NCBI GenBank assembly: GCA_964360785.1
Contig: CAYHXX010000004.1
Location: forward strand, 5,568-69,567
Reading direction: 5' to 3'
Source of the DNA: an uncultured Gammaproteobacteria bacterium
Lineage (GTDB): Bacteria > Patescibacteriota > Microgenomatia > Woykebacterales > RBG-16-39-9b
DNA length: 64,000 nt
Shown here: piece after piece, positions 57,446 through 64,000 of the stretch
How positions within the stretch are numbered: position 1 is the first letter of the stretch
How the letters are laid out: each line of letters opens with the position of its first letter
Program-made: the position numbers and the translations under genes
Notes under the pieces: generated by a model
What the model saw: only the letters and a program-made list of their open reading frames with translations
The model's database searches: none
Told to the model about the DNA's origin: nothing

Positions 57446-57769
57446 TCAGGCTGCGGTGTTTCGCCTCTGGCGTTCGGAGCGTTCTGAGTTGTCGATCATT
57501 GCCCAGAGACCGTTGCTGAAAGCGTCGGCTTGTTCGCTCCTTGGTGCCTTGGCGACCTTCGCCAGAAACTTGCGCAAGTTGTGTGGTCTGATGCAGAGCC
57601 CTTCGGCGGTGCCGTCGAAAAGTTGCTTGTAGGTCAGCCCAAGCACCGGCCGTCGCCGAGGGTTGGCGTAATCGTACAGGTGTCGAAGCATGTGATGCTT
57701 GACACGAGTGTCGAGCTGCGCTGGCGCTTTGGACGCTGCGGCCGCAATCTTACTCCGATCTATCTTCAT
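57446..57769 (-). CDS. hypothetical protein, GC-rich
   Basis: SD aaggag before ATG on minus strand. Confidence 0.35.
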   Translation of the reverse strand: MKIDRSKIAAAASKAPAQLDTRVKHHMLRHLYDYANPRRRPVLGLTYKQLFDGTAEGLCIRPHNLRKFLAKVAKAPRSEQADAFSNGLWAMIDNSERSERQRRNTAA

Positions 57770-57926
57770 CTACGACTCCTTCGTAAATAGCCTGCCTTAT
57801 CCGATAGGCGAGATATTATTACTTATCAAGCAAAAATGCAAATCCTTTTGATTTTTCTAGGTTCTTGCCTGTAAGTTAGGACCTATGATATACTCCGAGC
57901 GAAATATTCTTAGGGAAGAAGAAATA

Positions 57927-58283
57927 ATGGAAAAATACGAACTTTTAGTTTTGTTTGCGGAAGATACGACAGAACCTGACCAAAAGAAGCATGTCGACGC
58001 AATCAAAGATATAATCGAAAAAAACAAGGGCAACCTTACAGAAACTGAAAGTTGGGGCAAGAAAGCCTTAGCTTTCCAAATTGGCCAGAGTAAATCTGGT
58101 TTTTATTGGTTGTTAAAACTTGAAGGGCCAGCGGTGTTGCCAAAGAAACTCAATGATAGCCTGCGAATAGAGGATAACGTCTTGCGTTTTATTATCACAA
58201 AAATTGTAATTGTGAAAAAGATTGCCAAGAAAACCAAAAAGGTTGAACCAAAGAAAAAACTAGCAGAAACATTTATTAGGTAA
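57927..58283 (+). CDS. rpsF: 30S ribosomal protein S6
   Basis: start MEKYELLVLFAED typical S6 N-terminus (ATG 57927 preferred over 57885). Confidence 0.85.
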   Translation: MEKYELLVLFAEDTTEPDQKKHVDAIKDIIEKNKGNLTETESWGKKALAFQIGQSKSGFYWLLKLEGPAVLPKKLNDSLRIEDNVLRFIITKIVIVKKIAKKTKKVEPKKKLAETFIR

Positions 58284-58293
58284 AGGAGGAACT

Positions 58294-58830
58294 ATGTCGT
58301 CTCGTTCACTTAACAAGGTAATGTTGATCGGAAATCTTACTCGTGACCCGGAACTTCGTTACACACCCAATGGGGCTGCAGTTTGTTCGTTTGGGCTTGC
58401 CACTAACCGTAGTTGGGCTAGTGGAGACGAGGGCGAACGAAAAGAAGAAACTGAATTTCACCGAATTGTTGCTTGGAATAAGCTTGCCGAGCTCTGCTCA
58501 CAACTTTTAACTAAGGGGCGCAAGGTTTATGTCGAAGGTCGTTTGCAAACCAGATCTTGGGAAGGCCCCGAAGGTGAGAAACGTCAGGCAACCGAAATTG
58601 TGGCTGAAGATATGGTGCTTCTAGACTCTCGTCGAGATGGTGGTCCTGAGATAGCACATAAAGACGAGGCTGTAGAGACTTCTAAAGTTGAAGAAGAGAA
58701 TCACGACGAAACAAAGAACGAAGAAGACAAGAAAGACAAGAAAAAAGACAAAGGTAAGAAAGAGGATGAGCCCGAAGAGAAACCAGACAAAAAATCAGAT
58801 GAAATAGATATTGATGATATACCGTTTTAG
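58294..58830 (+). CDS. ssb: single-stranded DNA-binding protein
   Basis: OB fold LNKVMLIGNLTRDPELRYTPNGAAV; acidic tail ending DDIPF. Confidence 0.9.
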   Translation: MSSRSLNKVMLIGNLTRDPELRYTPNGAAVCSFGLATNRSWASGDEGERKEETEFHRIVAWNKLAELCSQLLTKGRKVYVEGRLQTRSWEGPEGEKRQATEIVAEDMVLLDSRRDGGPEIAHKDEAVETSKVEEENHDETKNEEDKKDKKKDKGKKEDEPEEKPDKKSDEIDIDDIPF

Positions 58831-58841
58831 GAATTTAAAAA

Positions 58842-59075
58842 ATGATTGAAAGAAATACAAGAGTTCGAACAAAAAAAGTTTGTAGTTTCTGCAAAGAGGA
58901 AACAATTCCTGATTACAAGGATGTAGTTTCAATGCGCAGGTTTATCTCCGATAGAGGCAAGATAGTCAATCGTGTCCGCAGCGGCGTTTGCTACAAACAC
59001 CAAAGAATTTTGAGCAACGCGATCAAGAGGAGTAGGTATATGGCTCTAATGCCATTTAGTGTTTCTGTGCGATAA
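58842..59075 (+). CDS. rpsR: 30S ribosomal protein S18
   Basis: CSFCKEE..IDYKDV..LRRFIS.RGKI..R..TG.C.KHQR. Confidence 0.9.
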   Translation: MIERNTRVRTKKVCSFCKEETIPDYKDVVSMRRFISDRGKIVNRVRSGVCYKHQRILSNAIKRSRYMALMPFSVSVR

Positions 59076-59106
59076 ATTAAAATATATTGTTGTCTAAGAA
59101 GCCAAA

Positions 59107-60153
59107 ATGCCCCAAGCCTTCCCAAAAACCATAATAATTGATGTCGGAAAATCCTGGACAAAGGCTTTCAGAGTTTCCAACGATAAAAACAAGTTGGTTA
59201 TTGAAAAGAAAGTCAGTCTTCCGACTACGGTTGGTGATATTTCTTTTTCCGCAGACTTGCTTTTGAAAGACCTTAAAGCGACTAAACAAATACCAATTGT
59301 TGTCACCGGGTCTTTGCCAGAAGCAGAAAATCTGGCAAAAGACCTTGATGGTCTCTATGTTGATGCTTACAATGCAGAAGATTCATTTTCAAAATGGCTT
59401 TCGAAGAATGATTTCAAATCTCCAGTTTTCCTGAGTACTGGTGAGTATTCGTACGCAGCTAATTTGAAGATAAATCAAATTGGAGCTTTCATAACAGCTG
59501 AGGTAAATGAGACCGATATTGAAAACTATTTTGGAAATAAATCTCTCAAACCGCAGGCAATTCCAACTACTCCGGTAGATCTCGAGATAGAGGAGGCGTT
59601 TTATCGAGTTGCTTTTGCACACAATAAGAACTTTCAAAACGCTAAGAATGTAATAAATATTGTAGTTACTGGTGCTTTTTTCTCACTTGATCCACAGAAA
59701 TCCAAACTAGCACTAATAATTCTCGATATCCTTTCAAAAGGCAGAGTAGCTCAGGTCAAGCTTGACCGCTATCAGTTTTTTCATGGTTTTGGGGCTCTCC
59801 TCAAAAAACATCCAGAGATAGCCGATTGGGAAACAAATTTCATGCAAGATCTCGGAGCCTTCATATCTTTTGGTGGAAGGGGTCGAGTGATGCTCGACTA
59901 TGGATTTACCGAAAATCAGGAGTTGGAAATTACTGAAGATGAAATTGCCTTGGTTCCAGCACCAAGCAAGCAAAAGATTGAAATAACTTTTATGGAAAAG
60001 GAAAAAAAGAGAGTAACCCTGCACGGGGGCTCTTTTGGGGTGCTGCTTGATGGCCGCACCAAACCTCTCAAGATAGCTTTTGGCCGGGCAGACAGTCGTG
60101 CTGCAATGAAGCGCTGGCAGGCAGCAATTGAAAAAGTGGAGATGATAGAATGA
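59107..60153 (+). CDS. hypothetical protein, possible actin-like (ASKHA) fold
   Basis: N-terminal TIIIDVGKSWTKAF beta-hairpin resembles the ASKHA phosphate-1 region; no other motif recognised. Confidence 0.35.
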   Translation: MPQAFPKTIIIDVGKSWTKAFRVSNDKNKLVIEKKVSLPTTVGDISFSADLLLKDLKATKQIPIVVTGSLPEAENLAKDLDGLYVDAYNAEDSFSKWLSKNDFKSPVFLSTGEYSYAANLKINQIGAFITAEVNETDIENYFGNKSLKPQAIPTTPVDLEIEEAFYRVAFAHNKNFQNAKNVINIVVTGAFFSLDPQKSKLALIILDILSKGRVAQVKLDRYQFFHGFGALLKKHPEIADWETNFMQDLGAFISFGGRGRVMLDYGFTENQELEITEDEIALVPAPSKQKIEITFMEKEKKRVTLHGGSFGVLLDGRTKPLKIAFGRADSRAAMKRWQAAIEKVEMIE

Positions 60154-61208
60154 TTTGCCCTCTTTGGCACAGAGTAAACATCAATAACCAATTTGACCTC
60201 GTACGGCCGTTTGTGGGTACTTGTAAACCTTCGGTAAAAGTTAATGATAAGGTCGAGGCAGAGAGTGTGATTGCACATTGTGAAGTTTCAGCTGGTCAGA
60301 GACTAGTGAAGGTAGCAAATGTTTTGGGGGTAAGTCGCCATACAGTTAAAAAGTATTTGCTACGTAATGTTGGTGATCGTATATACCAGGGTGAAATAAT
60401 TGCTCGCAAAAAGGGTGTTTTGGGAGTGGGAAAAAATGAGCTGAAGAGTCCGGTCGATGGTGTCATCACTGATGTCGATAAAAATGGTGATTTACTCGTA
60501 AAGTTTTTGCCTATGCCTGTGAGATTGGTAGCTGGTGCTTCGGGGTTAATTAGTAGTATTAGGGAGGATTCGATAACAGTACGTACTTTTGGTACAGAAA
60601 TAACAGGTGCAGTTGGTTTGGGAAAAAGCCGGGAAGGAATAATAAAAGTCATTGGCAAACCGACAGAATTTATTTTACCACAAAAAATAGACGCAACCTG
60701 CCAGGGAAGAGTGTTGGTGGGAGGAGCACATATTGATCGGGCAGCGATCGAGAAAGCTCTGACTATCGGGGTTAAGGGTGTAGTTGTCGGAGGTATTGAT
60801 TATCGGGATTTTATTAGTCTTGGTGTCACAAGTGATGTTGGTATTACGATTATTGTTACCGAAGGTTTTGGTACAGTGAGTATGGGCAATGATATTTACG
60901 AAGCTTTTAACAAACTGAATGACAAGTTTGCCTTTGTTAATGGGTCTGAGAGAACGATACTCGTACCAGAGGATAGAAAAGTGGTTGACAACAAACCAAT
61001 CGTCCAGGAAACCTGGCGAGAGTTAAAGGCGGGAGATTTAGTTCGATATTTCCGACCAGATTCTTCGGAACTTGTTGGGGTAGTTGAAGATATTAGTGAA
61101 GATGACGTAGAATTAAGCTCTGGACTTTCGACCAGAATTGCCCAAATCAAATTTATTTCCGGCAATAAAATTAATGCAGCAGCAGCGAATCTCGAGATAA
61201 TTTCATAA
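60150..61208 (+). CDS. hypothetical protein with barrel-like segment (SPVDGVITDVDKNGDLLV)
   Basis: ATGA overlap with the upstream unknown gene. Confidence 0.35.
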   Translation: MICPLWHRVNINNQFDLVRPFVGTCKPSVKVNDKVEAESVIAHCEVSAGQRLVKVANVLGVSRHTVKKYLLRNVGDRIYQGEIIARKKGVLGVGKNELKSPVDGVITDVDKNGDLLVKFLPMPVRLVAGASGLISSIREDSITVRTFGTEITGAVGLGKSREGIIKVIGKPTEFILPQKIDATCQGRVLVGGAHIDRAAIEKALTIGVKGVVVGGIDYRDFISLGVTSDVGITIIVTEGFGTVSMGNDIYEAFNKLNDKFAFVNGSERTILVPEDRKVVDNKPIVQETWRELKAGDLVRYFRPDSSELVGVVEDISEDDVELSSGLSTRIAQIKFISGNKINAAAANLEIIS

Positions 61209-61235
61209 GTGTAATCAAATATACGTCTTTGTATA

Positions 61236-62450
61236 ATGGAACAAGAAAAAAGTCAAAACCCACAAATCTTCCCGAAGTTTATCATTGCAGTTTTTCTGTT
61301 TGTACTTGGTATTTGGATTGGACGCAATGTTGCTATTCCTTTTTTTCCGGAAGCCGACCAGCCAAAGTACCAAGTTCTCAATAGACTCAATTCCAAAGAC
61401 GATGTAGATTTTTCTACTTTCTGGGAAACTTGGGACAAACTTAATACAACTTTTCTCAACAAGAAAGATCTTGCTGGTGAGAAGTTGGTTCAGGGCGCAA
61501 TCGAGGGTTTGGTGAATGCTGCCGGGGATCCTTACACTTCCTATTTCAATCCTGATGATAATACCTCTTTTAACAACGAGCTCTCAGGTACTTTTGAAGG
61601 AGTTGGTATGGAGCTTGGTGTAAAAGAGAGCAAGTTGGTAGTTATTGCCCCACTAGATGACTCCCCAGCAAGCAAAGCGGGGATTTTGGCAGGAGATCGA
61701 ATTGTGGAGATCGAAGGCAAGGATGCCACAAAGTACTCAATCGCTGATGCTGTTTCAATGATTCGTGGCAAGGCGGGAACAAAGATAAAAATTACCTTGA
61801 CGAGGGAAGGTAGGGTAGACCCGCTAAAACTAGAACTAACCAGGGCGACTATCAGCGTCAAGTCAATAAAATCACGTTACGAAGGAGATGTAGCAATCAT
61901 CAATATCACTCGTTTTGGTGATACTACAAAAGAAGAATGGGACAAAGTGGTTAGTGAGTACATAACCAAAGGTACCAAAAAGATTATCATTGATCTTCGC
62001 AATGATCCGGGCGGTAGACTCGATGTTGCGATAGCAATTGCAGGAGAATTTGTAACCAAAAAGGACAGTGTTGTCCAACAAGAAGACTCCGATGGCAAAA
62101 GACAACAGTTTTACTCTCAGATAGACGGAAGACTGCAAAATGTTGAAGCCGTCATACTCATAAACAAAGGTAGTGCCTCTGCTTCGGAAATTGTTGCTGG
62201 AGCGCTGCAAGATTACAAGAAAGCTACAGTTGTTGGGGAGACAAGTTTTGGTAAAGGTACCGTCCAAGCGGTTACGGATCTCAAAGATGGTTCGGGTTTA
62301 CATATTACTATAGCCAAATGGCTCACCCCAAAAGGTAATTGGATCCATGGAAAAGGGATCAAACCTGACGTGGAAGTGGGTCTAACCGAAGCTGACGCTC
62401 TTGCTGGAAAAGACCCCCAGTTGCAAAAAGCTTTGAGTTTATTAAAATAA
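61236..62450 (+). CDS. ctpA: carboxyl-terminal processing protease (S41)
   Basis: PDZ GDRIVEIEGKD; S41 core IDLRNDPGG, catalytic Ser/Lys region. Confidence 0.85.
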   Translation: MEQEKSQNPQIFPKFIIAVFLFVLGIWIGRNVAIPFFPEADQPKYQVLNRLNSKDDVDFSTFWETWDKLNTTFLNKKDLAGEKLVQGAIEGLVNAAGDPYTSYFNPDDNTSFNNELSGTFEGVGMELGVKESKLVVIAPLDDSPASKAGILAGDRIVEIEGKDATKYSIADAVSMIRGKAGTKIKITLTREGRVDPLKLELTRATISVKSIKSRYEGDVAIINITRFGDTTKEEWDKVVSEYITKGTKKIIIDLRNDPGGRLDVAIAIAGEFVTKKDSVVQQEDSDGKRQQFYSQIDGRLQNVEAVILINKGSASASEIVAGALQDYKKATVVGETSFGKGTVQAVTDLKDGSGLHITIAKWLTPKGNWIHGKGIKPDVEVGLTEADALAGKDPQLQKALSLLK

Positions 62451-62457
62451 ATTTGGC

Positions 62458-63645
62458 ATGCAAATACAAGAAATAAACAATTTTCTACAAAAATACAAAC
62501 AGCAGCTCTTGATTGCAGCCGCGGTTGTAGCCGGATTAATATTATTTCTTGTACTTTCATTTGTTATTGTTGTTAGCTACCCAACTTGGTACCAAAAACT
62601 TTCTTTCAAAGATTCTATTCCTGAATTTTTGCGTCCCCAAACAGAGTTCGCTAGAACTGGTGCTGGCACTGCTATTCGTACTGTGGAAGAGTCGGCGATT
62701 ATCGATGTGGTTGATAAGACTTCTGTGGCAGTGGTGTCGATAGTTGCCAAGACAGTAAGTTTTGATCCAGATCGAGGAGCCGTGACTGACCAGCAGGGTA
62801 TTGGAACTGGTTTTCTCATTGAAGCGGATGGTTTGATTATTACCAATAACCATGTGGTTTGTTCGGAAGGCGTTGACTATGCAGTTGTGACGAAGGACAA
62901 AAAAACCTACGACGTCAAAAAGATTGATCTTGATCCGTCAAATGACATTGCAATTCTGCGAATTGAGGCCAAGAACCTGCCGTTTCTAGAACTGGGAAAT
63001 TCCGATCCAGAAGTACTTAAAGCCGGTCAAAAAGTCATTGCTATCGGTAATGCCTTGGGGCAGTTTCAAAACAGTGTCACCGTCGGTGTAGTTTCTGGTT
63101 TAGGTCGAGGAATTACAGCCGGCAATACTGGCTGTGCGAACCAACAGGGCCGTGAAACTTTGCAGAATGTGATCCAAACTGATGCAGCACTAAATCCTGG
63201 AAATTCCGGTGGGCCTCTGCTGGATCTGTCTGGGAGGGTGATTGGTGTTAATTTTGCTATTTCAGGAAGCGGTGAAAATCTTGGTTTTGTTATCCCCATA
63301 AACCGTGTTAAAGATATCATTGATCAATACAAAAAAGACGGTAAGATTGTCAAACCCTATCTTGGAGTTGTTTACCAAACCATTGATAGTGATATCGCTA
63401 GTGTTCAGAAGGTCCCACAAGGAGCTTTTGTTCGTCGGGTAGTTAGCGGTTCTCCAGCCGACAAAGCCGGAGTAGAGGCAGGGGATATAATCACGGAGAT
63501 AAATGGTCAGAAACTAGGAGAAGATGCTGATCTGGTATCGGTTTTAAATACATTAAAGGTAGGTCAAAAAATTGAGATCAAGGTTTACCGAGATGGAAAG
63601 ACAAAATCACTTTCTGCAACTCTTGGAGAAGCTCCAACTAGTTAA
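62458..63645 (+). CDS. htrA: HtrA/DegP-family serine protease
   Basis: GTGFLI..GLIITNNHVV, D..AILRI, GNSGGPLLD, C-terminal PDZ. Confidence 0.9.
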   Translation: MQIQEINNFLQKYKQQLLIAAAVVAGLILFLVLSFVIVVSYPTWYQKLSFKDSIPEFLRPQTEFARTGAGTAIRTVEESAIIDVVDKTSVAVVSIVAKTVSFDPDRGAVTDQQGIGTGFLIEADGLIITNNHVVCSEGVDYAVVTKDKKTYDVKKIDLDPSNDIAILRIEAKNLPFLELGNSDPEVLKAGQKVIAIGNALGQFQNSVTVGVVSGLGRGITAGNTGCANQQGRETLQNVIQTDAALNPGNSGGPLLDLSGRVIGVNFAISGSGENLGFVIPINRVKDIIDQYKKDGKIVKPYLGVVYQTIDSDIASVQKVPQGAFVRRVVSGSPADKAGVEAGDIITEINGQKLGEDADLVSVLNTLKVGQKIEIKVYRDGKTKSLSATLGEAPTS

Positions 63646-63692
63646 ATTTCTTTGACAACAAATTCCAAATTGAGATAGCATATAAATATAAA

Positions 63693-64000
63693 TGGCCACT
63701 GACCCAAAGACTTCAAAATTTACACCAAGAACTTGGTTTTCCCTTTTGCTAGTTGGTTTGTTACTTATTTCTATTGCACTGACGCAGATTGCCACCCGTA
63801 TCACACGTGACAACCGTTCCCAAGCAGCTAGCCCTTCATTGACGTTTTCCTACTCCCGACCGAACTCTTACTGGACAATGAGATCTACAACTTGTAGCAA
63901 TAATGGAAACATTAGCGGAACTACGTCAGGTCTTTCAGCAGTTAGTGGAACTTATGAATTTAGCCCTTACTGCTATGTTAGTTGGACTGTGCGTCCTGTA
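63693..64000 (+). CDS. hypothetical secreted protein, 3' partial
   Basis: signal-like N-terminus WFSLLLVGLLLISIAL; runs off window end. Confidence 0.3.

Noticed and set aside
482-57769. Integron gene-cassette array as explanation for the GC-rich islands
   Set aside because: There is no intI integrase and no attC-like imperfect inverted repeats with GTTRRRY cores. The cassettes are dispersed between core genes and each has its own promoter, unlike promoterless integron cassettes.

Overview
Low-GC (roughly 35-40%) stretch of a reduced bacterial genome, most likely a Candidate Phyla Radiation / Patescibacteria-type organism. Evidence: short EF-Ts, short ProS lacking the editing domain, minimal Mfd, type IV pilus genes and many tightly packed or overlapping genes. 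Recognisable content includes dprA, topA, a dCTP-deaminase/thymidylate cluster, tmk, rpsB-tsf-frr-rseP-proS, PHP-HIT-rpsU-ybeY, pth-mfd, ybaB-dnaX-recR, NUDIX, cysS, a type IV pilin/pilN/pilO block, pcm, a csoR-copA-copZ copper operon, a DEAD-box helicase, ychF, rpsF-ssb-rpsR, ctpA and htrA. No tRNA, rRNA or CRISPR array was seen. Two things stand out. (1) About 15 short GC-rich (roughly 55-60%) islands sit between housekeeping genes. Each looks like its own transcription unit (sigma70-like promoter, strong Shine-Dalgarno, intrinsic terminator). Several share near-identical promoter or terminator modules, and they encode small membrane proteins, HTH proteins, a NYN-LOTUS protein, a four-gene small-ORF operon with repeated hairpin-SD modules, or no convincing ORF at all (two candidate ncRNAs). 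(2) A translationally coupled pyrimidine cluster: dcd, a second dcd/dut-like gene, a fusion of an MtrA-like domain with a thymidylate-synthase-fold domain, and nearby tmk. Other points: pilin genes with long leaders carrying repeated decoy prepilin-site motifs in a perfect 57-bp tandem repeat, and an unknown overlapping two-gene module next to rpsF-ssb-rpsR. All calls rest on reading the sequence and recalled family motifs; no searches were run.
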